Source: Candidatus Ozemobacteraceae bacterium (GTDB lineage: Bacteria; Muiribacteriota; Ozemobacteria; Ozemobacterales; Ozemobacteraceae). From it: a stretch of 64,000 bases of DNA. Within the stretch, counting starts at the first letter, position 1. Every line of letters begins with the position of its first letter. Both the position numbers and the translations under genes were made by a program. The notes under the pieces are model-generated. The model made no database searches. It was not told the DNA's origin and worked only from the letters and a program-made list of their open reading frames with translations. The stretch is from contig OZ223236.1 of assembly GCA_965140445.1 (NCBI GenBank), forward strand, positions 1,216,001 through 1,280,000, written 5' to 3'. This document shows positions 29,913 through 40,170 of this stretch, one piece after another.

Positions 29913-32513
29913 TTGGTTTGTTTTTCGCTGAGAATGAAAATACCATGGAGGGAAATAAATAAAAAACAGAGGAGTTCCTACTTGCTTTTCATCTATCCAA
30001 AGAGAGTGTTCATTTTTTTTCTTTTCCTTTCTCTAAATTTTGTTGTTTCAGGTTTTGCAGCCTCTCCAGATTATTCAAACTGGATGAAAGATTTACCTGG
30101 CAGCACACTTTTGCGTGAAATGTCGATTCCCGGGACTCACGATACTGCCAGTAAAAAACCTTTTTTGGGCAACGCCTTTAAAATGTTTGCAGCAGCCATC
30201 ACCCAACATCAAACTATAAAAGAGCAGCTGGAGGCTGGAATTCGCTGCTTTGATATTCGTGTTGACCTTGAGGGCGACTACTCACAAGTTTGGCTCTATC
30301 ATGGTGGGGTGCGGATGGAAGGCGATTTTGAAGAAACTGTTCATAAAGCTTGCAAGGAATTTTTATCAAAAGGGAACCATTCGAGTGAAACCATAATAAT
30401 GATTATCAAGCACGAAGAGGCTGAAGATTTTAGAAAGTCTAACAAAAATCGCCTTAAAGAATTTCTCCAGAAAATTGTTGAAAAAAGTTCCACCTACATA
30501 GATGGAAGAAAAAAGCCTCTGAAAGATTTGACCCTTGGCGATGTCCGCAGCAAAATAGTTCTGATCGATCGTTCAAACCTCACTCACATAGGTTACAAAT
30601 ACAATAATGAGTTTCCCAATAAAATGGTGTGCCAGGACCGTTATCAATATCAACATGTTGACATTGGTGTCAAAGATACAATTAAGACTTTTAAGGAAAG
30701 GGCTGAGATCTTTAAAAAAGACGACCCGCGCTGGCCTTTAACTTATCTATCTTTTACTGATGAAGAATTGAATGGCCCTGATCCGTTCAATCCTGAGCAG
30801 GCAGCAGAGAAAATGAATCCGGCATTCTATCGATACTTGATCGATGAATTCAATGGGGACAGAGTTGGCATCGTTTTCATGGATTTTCCTGACAAGCATT
30901 CCAGAACCCGATTGGTAGGAAAGATCATTTCCTATAACTATACTCACCCTTATCTTCTTTCAATAAAAACTGCTGATGAGAGAGATGCGGGCACCGATGC
31001 AAATATTAGCGTAACTTTGCACGGCAAAAAGGACGATTTCACAGTAGATCCCAAATTCGGTATAGGCTATGACGCATACGAGCAGAATGCTATTAATTCT
31101 AGTTTAGTGCGGACTCCAAAAGATTTAGGCGAAATTAAAGCTGTAACAGTCGGATTTGAAAAAGGTGGCCGAAAAAGCGGTTGGTGCCTGGACTATATAA
31201 CTGTTGCCGATGCTGCTGATGGATCAAACCCAAAATTGTTTAATTTTAACCATCAGTGGTTCTACAGCGATGGACAAAAAAAGGTCTCAGTATCAAAGCA
31301 AGCTCCGGATAAGCTTAAATATGAAATGAGAATAAAAACCAGCAATAAAAAAGACGCTGGTACAGATGCCAATATTACCATTCAGTTAAATGGCATGAAA
31401 GGCTCCTATACTTTTGATCCAAAGAAAAAAGGGATTCCAGGAGACGGTTTTGAACAAAATCAAACAGACTATTTAAGCTTTTTCATTGATTCTGATATTG
31501 GGCTTCTGCATAACATAACTGTATGGTTTGATGCGCATGGGAAAAAGTCCGGCTGGTGTCTTGAATACATAGATGTTGCAACACCATACAATATCGATGG
31601 CGGCTGGAGTCGATTTTTCTTTAATCCTCAAGGCGGTGGGCAATGGTTTTATAGCGCAAATGATAAAAAAGTGGCTTACCCCTCCGGGACAAATGTGCTT
31701 GGTTTTCCTCACAATCATTCAGCAACCCCCGGAGAAATAATCGTTCCTTACGGTGAATCCGGCGATGTTCCTCTTTCCTTTGCCTCAGGCGTTGACAATA
31801 AAGATGCTTTATCTTTTTGGCGATATTCAAATGGTTTATGGTTCGTTAAAGACATTCTTACAAGACCTTTTGGCAAAAAAGGCGATGTTCCAGTGCGATT
31901 TGACAAGGATGGAGACAGCAAAAGTGACTTCTGTATATATCGACCATCCAACGGTTATTGGTATGTAGTTGGAATGGACAGCAATATGGTCACTACGCAA
32001 TGGGGTCAGCATGGGGACATACCTGTTTCCTTTGACTATGAGGGTGATGGAATAAGTGATTGCTGTGTTTTTCGGCCTTCTAACGGATATTGGTTTGTAA
32101 AGGGGCTTGACGGTAGGCCAAAGGCTAATAACCTCTCCTGGGGGCAGAAAGGTGATATCCCTGTTTCCTTTGACTACAACGGTGACGGCAAAAGTGATTA
32201 TTGTGTTTTTCGTCCTTCTAATGGACACTGGTATTTCATGAACAACTCCAGAAGGCAGTTTCCTCCTATTGATTGGGGGCAAGCTGGTGATATTCCAGTT
32301 CCATTTGTAAACTCGCCAAACGGAAAAAGCACTTGCTGTGTTTGGCGCCCTTCTAACGGAACCTGGTATGTAAAGGGGGGGGCAACAGTAAAGCTTGGCT
32401 TGAGTGGCGATATTCCAGTGCCAATGGATTACAACGGTGATGGCCGCACTGATTTCTGTATTTGGTGTCCGGTTACCGGCAATTGGCACATAATATTAAA
32501 TACAGGTCGTTAA
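29913..32513 (+). CDS. Secreted PI-specific phospholipase C X-domain protein with two PLAT/LH2 domains and FG-GAP-like repeats (start uncertain)
   Basis: SIPGTHDT, QLEAGIRCFDIR, GIVFMDFP; two IKT..DAGTDANI...GWCL.YI repeats; repeated GDIPV..DYNGDGK.D..VFRPSNG.W. Confidence 0.88.
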   Translation: MVCFSLRMKIPWREINKKQRSSYLLFIYPKRVFIFFLFLSLNFVVSGFAASPDYSNWMKDLPGSTLLREMSIPGTHDTASKKPFLGNAFKMFAAAITQHQTIKEQLEAGIRCFDIRVDLEGDYSQVWLYHGGVRMEGDFEETVHKACKEFLSKGNHSSETIIMIIKHEEAEDFRKSNKNRLKEFLQKIVEKSSTYIDGRKKPLKDLTLGDVRSKIVLIDRSNLTHIGYKYNNEFPNKMVCQDRYQYQHVDIGVKDTIKTFKERAEIFKKDDPRWPLTYLSFTDEELNGPDPFNPEQAAEKMNPAFYRYLIDEFNGDRVGIVFMDFPDKHSRTRLVGKIISYNYTHPYLLSIKTADERDAGTDANISVTLHGKKDDFTVDPKFGIGYDAYEQNAINSSLVRTPKDLGEIKAVTVGFEKGGRKSGWCLDYITVADAADGSNPKLFNFNHQWFYSDGQKKVSVSKQAPDKLKYEMRIKTSNKKDAGTDANITIQLNGMKGSYTFDPKKKGIPGDGFEQNQTDYLSFFIDSDIGLLHNITVWFDAHGKKSGWCLEYIDVATPYNIDGGWSRFFFNPQGGGQWFYSANDKKVAYPSGTNVLGFPHNHSATPGEIIVPYGESGDVPLSFASGVDNKDALSFWRYSNGLWFVKDILTRPFGKKGDVPVRFDKDGDSKSDFCIYRPSNGYWYVVGMDSNMVTTQWGQHGDIPVSFDYEGDGISDCCVFRPSNGYWFVKGLDGRPKANNLSWGQKGDIPVSFDYNGDGKSDYCVFRPSNGHWYFMNNSRRQFPPIDWGQAGDIPVPFVNSPNGKSTCCVWRPSNGTWYVKGGATVKLGLSGDIPVPMDYNGDGRTDFCIWCPVTGNWHIILNTGR

Positions 32514-32572
32514 ACTTTTTCCAGATGAAATAAAGCCGCTGGTAAAATTTCAGATAAGTATTGAGTGATTAT

Positions 32573-32602
32573 AGATCCCCGTCATAGACGGGGATCTTTT
32601 TT
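32573..32602 (+). terminator. Intrinsic terminator
   Basis: AGATCCCCGTC-ATA-GACGGGGATCT followed by a T-run. Confidence 0.85.
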
Positions 32603-32631
32603 GTTAGAGTATCTTTGCGAGGGGGATAGGA

Positions 32632-33846
32632 TTATCGATAATACTTTGCCAGGCCGCCTTCGCTTGTTTCTTTGTAAAGAGATGGTAAATCGTGGCCGGT
32701 TTGCTTCATTACTTCTACTACCCTGTCAAATGAAACACGATGAGTTCCATCGGAGAAGGTAGAAAAAATGTTGGCGTCAAGTGCTCTGACTGCGGCATAG
32801 GCATTTCTTTCTATGCAGGGTATTTGAACCAGGCCGCAAACAGGATCGCATGTCATACCTAGATGATGTTCCAATCCCATTTCAGCTGCATATTCAATCT
32901 GAGCAGGGCTACCACCGAACAACTGGTTGGCAGCAGCTGCAGCCATTGCGCAAGCGACTCCAATTTCGCCCTGGCAACCAACCTCAGCACCTGAGATTGA
33001 GGCGTTTTTTTTCACTATGTTTCCGATGAGCCCGGCAGTGGCTAGAGCTCGCAGAATTCTGGCATTACTGAATTCTCTGGTTTGTTGAAGGTGGTAAAGC
33101 ACCGCTGGAACCACTCCGCATGAGCCGCAGGTTGGCGCTGTGACAATCTGTCCACCGCAAGCGTTTTCTTCGCTTACTGCCAATGCGTATGCGAATACAA
33201 GGCCACGCGTTCTTAGAGATTGTTGATAACCGCTTGCTTTAACAAAATAGGTTACGGACTTTCGGCGAATTTTTAAGGGGCCTGGAAGCGCTCCCTCTGC
33301 TTCGAGTCCTCGTTTTACGGCGTCTTTCATCGTGATCCAGATATCTTCGAGGAAATCCCAAATATCGAGATCTTCACATTGTTTAACGTATTCCCAAAAG
33401 CTTGTTCCGTTTTCTTCGCACCAGGAAAGAATTTCAGTCATGGTGTTCATTTCGTAAACATCCCGACTGTCTTCTGGCTCGACTCCAACCAATGTTCCAT
33501 CTTCCAGAGAAAGTGCGCCACCGCCCACACTAAAAGTTGTCCAGTTGTCTATCTCGTTGTTGTATTCATCCAATGCCTTAAAACCCATTCCATTCGGATG
33601 AAATGGCAGGAAGATTTTTGGCTGCCATACAATCTCAACAGGCGCATGGGGTTGCAATACCTTGATTATGGCTGCATCAGTCAGATGGCCCTTTCCTGTA
33701 GCGGCAAGACTACCATAGAGGGTTACTTCAAATGATTTGGCCTGAGGATTGCGCTCAAGAAAAATCTCAGCAGCTTTTTTGGGCCCCATCGTGTGGCTGC
33801 TAGATGGACCGTTGCCAACCCGAAACAGTTCTTTTAGTGATTTCAT
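32632..33846 (-). CDS. sdaA: L-serine ammonia-lyase, Fe-S dependent, single chain
   Basis: GPSSSHTMGP, LYGSLAATGKGH, APTCGSCG, GAEVGCQGE, LGMTCDPVCGLVQIPCIERN. Confidence 0.95.
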   Translation of the reverse strand: MKSLKELFRVGNGPSSSHTMGPKKAAEIFLERNPQAKSFEVTLYGSLAATGKGHLTDAAIIKVLQPHAPVEIVWQPKIFLPFHPNGMGFKALDEYNNEIDNWTTFSVGGGALSLEDGTLVGVEPEDSRDVYEMNTMTEILSWCEENGTSFWEYVKQCEDLDIWDFLEDIWITMKDAVKRGLEAEGALPGPLKIRRKSVTYFVKASGYQQSLRTRGLVFAYALAVSEENACGGQIVTAPTCGSCGVVPAVLYHLQQTREFSNARILRALATAGLIGNIVKKNASISGAEVGCQGEIGVACAMAAAAANQLFGGSPAQIEYAAEMGLEHHLGMTCDPVCGLVQIPCIERNAYAAVRALDANIFSTFSDGTHRVSFDRVVEVMKQTGHDLPSLYKETSEGGLAKYYR

Positions 33847-33912
33847 AGCTCATAGAAATAACATTTTTTCTATTTAAAAGCCATATCTAAACCAAACATT
33901 CAGCTGTGTTTC

Positions 33913-34644
33913 TTAACTTTTATTAGACTTTTGGTAGACAGAAATATGTTTTGTAGAATTTTTTGTGAATGGGGATTTGTACCAGGTGAAATACCTTTCA
34001 GAAAGTTCGAGTCCTGCAAGTTTGGCCATTAAATCAAGTTCGTTTACCCATGCATAGCGAATGACAGTTGGTAAAAACTTTAAGCCGCTTTCGCTCATTA
34101 TTACTTTGTTTTCGATGCAAATCTGATTTACATAGTCGTGCCTGGCAGGTGCTGATAATACAACTTCATCAGGGGTAACCGAATTAACTGACACATTTTG
34201 ATTAGCATTTGAAAAGTCTGGAATCATACATTCAAGTATAAGACATCCGCCTGGCTGCAAGTTTTTTGAGATACTTTCCATGCAAGAGAGTTGGTCTTCT
34301 GGTGTGAGTAATCCAAAAAATGTGTTAAATCCAGCATAGATCATAGAGAAAGACGGGGTAGCTGGTATTTGAGCAAAACTTCCGGTGGTGACGGGTATTT
34401 CTTTCCCCAATTCTTTATCTCTAAGTTTGTTGATCATTTCAGGAGAAATTTCTATTCCGTGAACATCTACGCCCTGCTTTTTTAATTCAATAGCAATTCT
34501 TCCGGTGCCAATACCTAATTCGAGAACTGGTCCAGAGCCAGAGCGCTCTATTAAAAAGCTAATCATATGCTCGCTGACAGTTGTATAAATACTGTCATAA
34601 ACCTCGGCCCATTTATTACCATATTCCTCGGGATTGAAGTTCAT
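33913..34644 (-). CDS. Class I SAM-dependent methyltransferase
   Basis: VLELGIGTGRIA, GIEISPEM, NLQPGG. Confidence 0.9.
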   Translation of the reverse strand: MNFNPEEYGNKWAEVYDSIYTTVSEHMISFLIERSGSGPVLELGIGTGRIAIELKKQGVDVHGIEISPEMINKLRDKELGKEIPVTTGSFAQIPATPSFSMIYAGFNTFFGLLTPEDQLSCMESISKNLQPGGCLILECMIPDFSNANQNVSVNSVTPDEVVLSAPARHDYVNQICIENKVIMSESGLKFLPTVIRYAWVNELDLMAKLAGLELSERYFTWYKSPFTKNSTKHISVYQKSNKS

Positions 34645-34846
34645 TTGTTTCTCCTGGTTTGTTTTATTTATTATAGTAGAAGAGTATCTAAAATGAATAA
34701 ATAAGGTTGTTTAAAAGTTTTTAGGTATGCCGATTGAATGAATATCGGGAAAACTCTGTTATTAGAATGTTAAGCTTGATGAGAAATCAATAGCCAGGAA
34801 TTCTTAGAGATGTGTTGAACAAAAATACCGTTAAAAAAGACCAGAC

Positions 34847-35479
34847 CTAAAACAACGTGGTCCGACTATTGTTTTTTTCTAAGACTATTGTTAACCCAAG
34901 CTCTGCTCCAAGGTTCTTTGCAAAATGCCCCCATTGCTCTTTTGCTTTTGCATCGAAATGGGCCATTGAAATATTCTTTCGACTATTTTGAGTGTGCTCC
35001 AGGATGATTGTTGCGAAAAAAGTTTTATTAAATAGTTTGTCTGCCGGACCAGGTTTGCTTCCTCCTCTTCTTTTGGGGTGACTGATGTACCTTGGTTGAT
35101 ACCAATAGCTGAATGTTCCAATTGGTTGATTAATTTCGATCAAAACATTTTTGTAATTTTGGACGGGCTCTTTAAAAGTTTTTTTCCAAAGACCAGGTAT
35201 GACTACTGTTTCCCACTCAACCATACCTTTTGCGATTCTTAATTCGAAAGACTGAAAAAGCAGAATTACAGCGGCTAACAAAAATATTAGCATAAAAGTC
35301 GAAGCTCCAAGCCAGACAAGTTCTTTGCCCTGCCAGGAATTCGTAATAACGGGAATACTTAAGCATCCTAGCCAGAAAAATAGTAAAATTCCAAAAGCAA
35401 AACCCGGTCTAACGGAACCGTTTGTAAAATGTTCTTTTTTGAAAAAAGTAAAATTATCCCTATTGTCGCTATGGTTCAT
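34847..35479 (-). CDS. Hypothetical membrane protein
   Basis: 210 aa, two TM helices, downstream of the ankyrin gene. Confidence 0.6.
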   Translation of the reverse strand: MNHSDNRDNFTFFKKEHFTNGSVRPGFAFGILLFFWLGCLSIPVITNSWQGKELVWLGASTFMLIFLLAAVILLFQSFELRIAKGMVEWETVVIPGLWKKTFKEPVQNYKNVLIEINQPIGTFSYWYQPRYISHPKRRGGSKPGPADKLFNKTFFATIILEHTQNSRKNISMAHFDAKAKEQWGHFAKNLGAELGLTIVLEKNNSRTTLF

Positions 35480-35499
35480 AAAATTTCCCCGTGTCTACA

Positions 35500-36990
35500 C
35501 TATTTTACAATTAGCATTATCGGTTTTGAAAAACAATTGTTTTCTTGGGCAGTTACTCTTGAAGAGACCAGCTTTTGCTCAAAAACTTCAAGACAGAGTC
35601 GGAAACCTTTTGCCTGTGAGGGCTCTCCGCCGACAAGACCTCTTAATATGGGAATTCCTTTTTGAAATACTTCTTTTGGGGTTTGTTCGTCGCCGTTGCA
35701 ATAAAAAACTCCTGTCTGGTCAACATATCCATCTGTTACATTGGCAAACTGAGAAATTTTTTCTGTTGCTTGTTCCCATACTTTCCCAGCTACATCCATA
35801 AAACCGGTGATCCGAAGTCGTGGCAATTCAACTGGTTCACTCTCAGGAGTGAGCATCTGCTCATACTTTGGATAAGCCTTTTTTCCTCTGTAGGGATGGT
35901 TAAAAGCCCAGGCCTCGCCGTCTTCAACTATGTAGCACCATTTTTTTAGTGACAGGTATTCTTCAGAATCTCTAAAAGCTTCAATTCCTTTTCCTTCAAC
36001 AAAACCGACGTAGGGGAACATCAGTTCTGCAATTGAAGGAATTCTATAGTTTACATTGAGATGTTTTTCTCTTGAATTAATGGCTTTAAGGAAAAAATCG
36101 CTCATTCCATCGCTGTCTCTCTGCTTGCAGAGTGCTTCCATGTCTCCTGCAAATTCAGGGGTCACATCAAACATTACGCTTTTCCATTCTTTCCATGTAA
36201 TTGGTTTTGATTGAAGATACAGGGTTGGTGTTCCTGGTTTTTTATCTGTTTCCCCTTGTCCAATTTTTATAAAGTCCATTCCAAAGGTGTTATACACATG
36301 ATTTAACTCAAATTTCAAATTGTTATTTTTAGGCTCTTTTTCATCTGATTTAAGCTTTTCCATGAAATCGAAAGCCCACTGTTCGTGGGGTGATTTTTGA
36401 GAAGAATTTATTAAATCATGCTTTATTTTTTCAGGAATTAAATCAAAGACTTTTTTTCCGTTGGGATGGCTTTCGTTCGCATCCGCGCCATAATCAAAGA
36501 AAACCTTTAGAAGTTCCAGATTGCCATTGCTGGCAACAATCAAAAGTGGTGACCAGCCTGAAAAAGAGCGCCGGGCATTCATATCTGCTCCCCGGTCAAG
36601 CAGGTCCTTGCAGCATTCAGGGCAAGTTAAAGCTGCTATGAGCAAAGCAGAATCTCCATCTTGAGAAGTCAGACTGTTTTTTTCTTCTGATTCAATTCGA
36701 TAGTTAATGTTTGCCCCTCTGGAAATTAAAAATCTTGCTGTTTCAACCTTTTTTTCGCCCAAGGCTTCCATGAGCGGAGTATAGTATATGCCGTTCAGAT
36801 CGTCTATTGATGCTCCTGCATCTAATAGTGCTTCCAGGCCCTGGATAAATCCATGACGAGCAGCTAAGTGAATAGCTTTTCTTCCCCATATCTTCCAGTC
36901 AAGGAAGCCAGGCTGCTCGATAAGGCTTTTTAATAGGTCCAGGTCATGATTTTTTAGACAATTTTCTATGCTTTTATCGTCCCAACTCAT
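35500..36990 (-). CDS. Ankyrin-repeat protein with a degenerate FGE-sulfatase (SUMF1-like) C-terminal domain
   Basis: AIHLAARHG, TPLMEA, SPLLIVASNGN; C-terminal NTFGMDFIKI, YRIPSIAE, GFMDVAGKVWE, GFRLC. Confidence 0.75.
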   Translation of the reverse strand: MSWDDKSIENCLKNHDLDLLKSLIEQPGFLDWKIWGRKAIHLAARHGFIQGLEALLDAGASIDDLNGIYYTPLMEALGEKKVETARFLISRGANINYRIESEEKNSLTSQDGDSALLIAALTCPECCKDLLDRGADMNARRSFSGWSPLLIVASNGNLELLKVFFDYGADANESHPNGKKVFDLIPEKIKHDLINSSQKSPHEQWAFDFMEKLKSDEKEPKNNNLKFELNHVYNTFGMDFIKIGQGETDKKPGTPTLYLQSKPITWKEWKSVMFDVTPEFAGDMEALCKQRDSDGMSDFFLKAINSREKHLNVNYRIPSIAELMFPYVGFVEGKGIEAFRDSEEYLSLKKWCYIVEDGEAWAFNHPYRGKKAYPKYEQMLTPESEPVELPRLRITGFMDVAGKVWEQATEKISQFANVTDGYVDQTGVFYCNGDEQTPKEVFQKGIPILRGLVGGEPSQAKGFRLCLEVFEQKLVSSRVTAQENNCFSKPIMLIVK

Positions 36991-37069
36991 AAATACTCCT
37001 GTTCGTTTACGGCAAAATAATATGATTTAAAGAAACTAGTTTCCTCATAATATGCCAGACATACTCCTC

Positions 37070-37110
37070 CTGGTTCGACCCAAATTGCCCCCTAAATCGT
37101 CTCCAAATTT
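37070..37110 (+). repeat. RAYT-type end motif with stuttered micro-repeats
   Basis: CTGGTTCGACCCAAATTGCCCCCTAAATCG closely matches the reverse complement of 41935-41963 (CTGGTCCGACCCAAATTGGCCCCAAATTG). Confidence 0.65.
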
Positions 37111-37140
37111 ACTTTTGCTTGAATTTGTTTATAACTGCAT

Positions 37141-38682
37141 TTAAATCAGACCGTTTAGCATTAATGCTGTTTCTACAACAAAGGCATCTTTGTAAAAATC
37201 AACATACAGAATATTTGCGCCAAACTCACAAGGCGCTAGCTTATACAATTCTTTTGATGCAAAATACGGAAGGCTTACATTTGCTTGTCTGGAGAGCCAG
37301 TGCAAATCTCTTTCCTTTAAATCCTTTATTGCCCCAGGGCTTTTTGGAATTTGAGGGCTTAGGGTCCAGGAAAACACAAACAATTTTCCTCCTCTTCTAA
37401 ACCTTTTTCTTGATTTTTCCTTTTGATCCTTTTTCATCTGTTCAAAAGAATCAGAGTCTGACCATTCGTCGAAAACATTTCGTTCAATATCCCAGGCCAC
37501 CGGGTAATACTTAGGCTTAAGCGAAGGAGTCTCATTGTTTAGCAGGTCACTACTGGTAAGGATGATTATTTTTGATTTTTTGGGTTTTGGACCCATAATT
37601 TTTTCAACTGTATGGTAGGTTACAAGTGGTAATTTTTCGCCAACTTTTGGTGTGTCTGGTCTATATAGATAGCTGCTGAGTCTGCTGTTAATATTCTTTC
37701 TCAATTTTAAGTAATCGGTTTCTTTAAAATTGTGGAAGTGAGAAATTGAAAGAATGATCAATTCTGCTCTCTTTTTTTTGTTAACGAATTTTTTTACGTC
37801 GTCTAATACAACATTAAAATCATCTCCACGAAGACCATGATGGATATATGCTTTTCCGCCGCTAGCGTGTGGCCTCAGATCAAAATATCTAACTCCGCCA
37901 ATAAGTTGATTATAAATGCTTTCGTCTTGTGCTTTGGACCATTTCCTGACGTGTTCAACGGAAAATTTTCTAATTACTTTTTTGACCGTATCTAAATCCG
38001 CTTCTTTGGTGGTCAAATTGTAAGTAGCGCTGTCATGGGTTCCTGGCAAAACAAGATCAAGAAGCCTCTTGTCCTTAATTTTATCAAAGTTATTTCGTAT
38101 CCAGTTCGCCTTGTATTTTTTGGATAATTCAGGGATATGCAAAATAGCAAAATGATTTCGGGTTTCTCCTTTGGATGTGTGCGCTTCAACATAGTTGTCA
38201 TCGCCATGCTGGTCATTTGATACAAAGGTATAGCGGCCATATTTTGGATTTGCCAGCAAATAAAGTTTTTCGTTTTCCAAAAAGGTCAGCTGGAAACGAT
38301 TTCTTTCCTCGTTTGCATTGTTGTGAGCTTCGACCAGGTGGTCGCTGCCTTTTTTGTCATCGGATACAAACAGGTATTTTTTGTAACTGGGGTTGTATAT
38401 TTTATAGAGCCTGTCTTTTGTATTAAAAAGCTTCAGCTGAAAAAAGTTCCTGGGCTCAGTTGTGTATCTGTGGGTTCTTACAAGATTGTCCTGTCCTTTA
38501 GTCTCATCAGAAACGTAGAGTAATTTCCTGTACACGGGGTTGTAGATTAAAACTTTCTTTGAATCCTTATTTTTCCATCTGGACGATTCTGTGAAAGGAA
38601 TTGGCATTAGATGAGTTTGCGCGGTAAAGCCTTTCAGAGACAAGAAAACAAAAAGAAAAATTAAACCAACTTTTCTGTGCAT
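37141..38682 (-). CDS. Secreted PI-PLC X-domain protein with three N-terminal ~45-aa repeats (beta-trefoil-like)
   Basis: LPGTHDSAT, QLIGGVRYFDLR, IHHG, NILYVDF; three YNP.Y...L.VSD...G.D..V.AH....RN.F repeats. Confidence 0.85.
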   Translation of the reverse strand: MHRKVGLIFLFVFLSLKGFTAQTHLMPIPFTESSRWKNKDSKKVLIYNPVYRKLLYVSDETKGQDNLVRTHRYTTEPRNFFQLKLFNTKDRLYKIYNPSYKKYLFVSDDKKGSDHLVEAHNNANEERNRFQLTFLENEKLYLLANPKYGRYTFVSNDQHGDDNYVEAHTSKGETRNHFAILHIPELSKKYKANWIRNNFDKIKDKRLLDLVLPGTHDSATYNLTTKEADLDTVKKVIRKFSVEHVRKWSKAQDESIYNQLIGGVRYFDLRPHASGGKAYIHHGLRGDDFNVVLDDVKKFVNKKKRAELIILSISHFHNFKETDYLKLRKNINSRLSSYLYRPDTPKVGEKLPLVTYHTVEKIMGPKPKKSKIIILTSSDLLNNETPSLKPKYYPVAWDIERNVFDEWSDSDSFEQMKKDQKEKSRKRFRRGGKLFVFSWTLSPQIPKSPGAIKDLKERDLHWLSRQANVSLPYFASKELYKLAPCEFGANILYVDFYKDAFVVETALMLNGLI

Positions 38683-38821
38683 CGAATCGCTCTCCTCAAA
38701 AGATTGTTTTGCAGTTCATTTTTTTATGTATCTAATCTATTGTAATTTGAACTTGCAGGTCATTTCAATGCTAACACATCTTGGGAATTGTCTAAATAGT
38801 TGTGGATTCAACCGGTTTTAA

Positions 38822-38967
38822 CTAAAGCCAGGAACCAGGAAAAAGCCCAAAATTGGCTTCAATCCTGACGGTCACTGATCCTCTTCAAAGATGTCTAAGA
38901 GCCGTCTCAAAAAGCCTAAAACGAAAAATTCCTCGTCTTGGACGAGAAATTGATCGGTGCCGGGGAC
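38822..38967 (+). repeat. Copy of the ORF6N gene 3' end plus hairpin/CGGTGCCGGGGAC end
   Basis: Near-identical to 45678-45823. Confidence 0.9.
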
Positions 38968-39081
38968 GGGACGAGAGATTAACTCTCGAACTAAAAAGCT
39001 ATGCAGTTTTTAAGTCCTGCAAAATCTCTTGCCTGACGAAGGGCACAATTATCAGTAATGACTCTTGTGCCATGAATAATT

Positions 39082-40170
39082 TCATTCCTTGCAAAGTAAC
39101 TCCAATAAAGATTTAGCATCTTTATCACCTGCTTCAACAGCCTCCGTAAACATTTTTTTTGCTTTTACATGATCCGCAGCGACTCCATCATCGCCTTTCA
39201 TATAAATCATTCCAAGCAGAGTCTTTGCCCTGGCAAGGCCAGCAGCATTAGCTTTTTGAAGCCAAAATTCGGCCTTTTTAAAATCTTTTGCAACCCCATT
39301 GCTTCCACTTTGAAACAAGAATCCCAGCGAGAGCTGAAATTCAGGGTTGTTCTTAGCCGCTTTTTGAAGCAAAACCAAAGCTTTATCTTGATCTTTTTGA
39401 ACCCCATGCTTTCCTTCAAGAAAAATCATTCCTAAAGATTGCTGAAATTTGGAATTATTTTCAGCCGCTTTTTGAAGCAAAACCAAAGCTTTTTTGGGGT
39501 CTTTCTTAACATTCCTCCCTTCCAGAAGAATTGACCCCAATAAATGTTGGGCCTCTGGATCATTTGCCTCAGCTGCCATTTCATAGAGGCTCACCCCTTT
39601 CTCGGTATCTTGAGGAATACCTCGACCATAAAAATACATCCCCCCAAGGCTCAACATTGAAGCGGCATTTCCATTTTTTATAGATTTTTCATACCATTTC
39701 ACTGCAAGTTCGGGATTCTGAGGAAACCCCGCAGCACCAGATGAATAAAGAAACCCCAGAGTGTTCTGAGCTTTATCAAAACCTTTATTCGCAACATTTT
39801 CATACAATTTTACAGCTTCATTTACATCTGGTTCAACCACGCCATCATAAGTGCCATACAAATAATATCCGGCAAGTTTTAATTCGGAAGCCAAATCACC
39901 ATGCTCTACGGCTTTTCTTAACCAATAAAACCCTTTTTCCAAATCCTTTTCAGTCCCAATTCCACATCTGTAACAATTTCCAAGTTGAGCTTCTGCCAAA
40001 ACATTTCCTTTTTCTGCAGCTAATTTAAGATATTTTATACCTTCCTGAAGGTTGCCTTTTTTTGAGGCTTCGTTCCATTTTTCAAAGAGTTCTTCTGGAG
40101 TTTCAGCAAACAACATCAAGCTAAAGCTAAAAAAAATAAATAAAACTAATTTTAAACTTCCAAATTTCAT
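39082..40170 (-). CDS. Secreted Sel1-repeat (SLR) protein
   Basis: Signal peptide; repeated AQ..LG..Y..G.GV.QD...A..WY.KAA. Confidence 0.93.
   Translation of the reverse strand: MKFGSLKLVLFIFFSFSLMLFAETPEELFEKWNEASKKGNLQEGIKYLKLAAEKGNVLAEAQLGNCYRCGIGTEKDLEKGFYWLRKAVEHGDLASELKLAGYYLYGTYDGVVEPDVNEAVKLYENVANKGFDKAQNTLGFLYSSGAAGFPQNPELAVKWYEKSIKNGNAASMLSLGGMYFYGRGIPQDTEKGVSLYEMAAEANDPEAQHLLGSILLEGRNVKKDPKKALVLLQKAAENNSKFQQSLGMIFLEGKHGVQKDQDKALVLLQKAAKNNPEFQLSLGFLFQSGSNGVAKDFKKAEFWLQKANAAGLARAKTLLGMIYMKGDDGVAADHVKAKKMFTEAVEAGDKDAKSLLELLCKE

Noticed and set aside
31836..32489. 217-aa minus-strand ORF, and similar antisense ORFs such as 58537-59184 and 3646-3996
   Set aside because: Shadow frames opposite well-supported genes; no recognisable motifs
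34858..34870. GGTCCGACT as another element end
   Set aside because: Partial match inside a coding 3' end with no stutter; may be chance
35500..36990. Diversity-generating retroelement target
   Set aside because: No reverse transcriptase and no adenine-variant template repeat seen in the window
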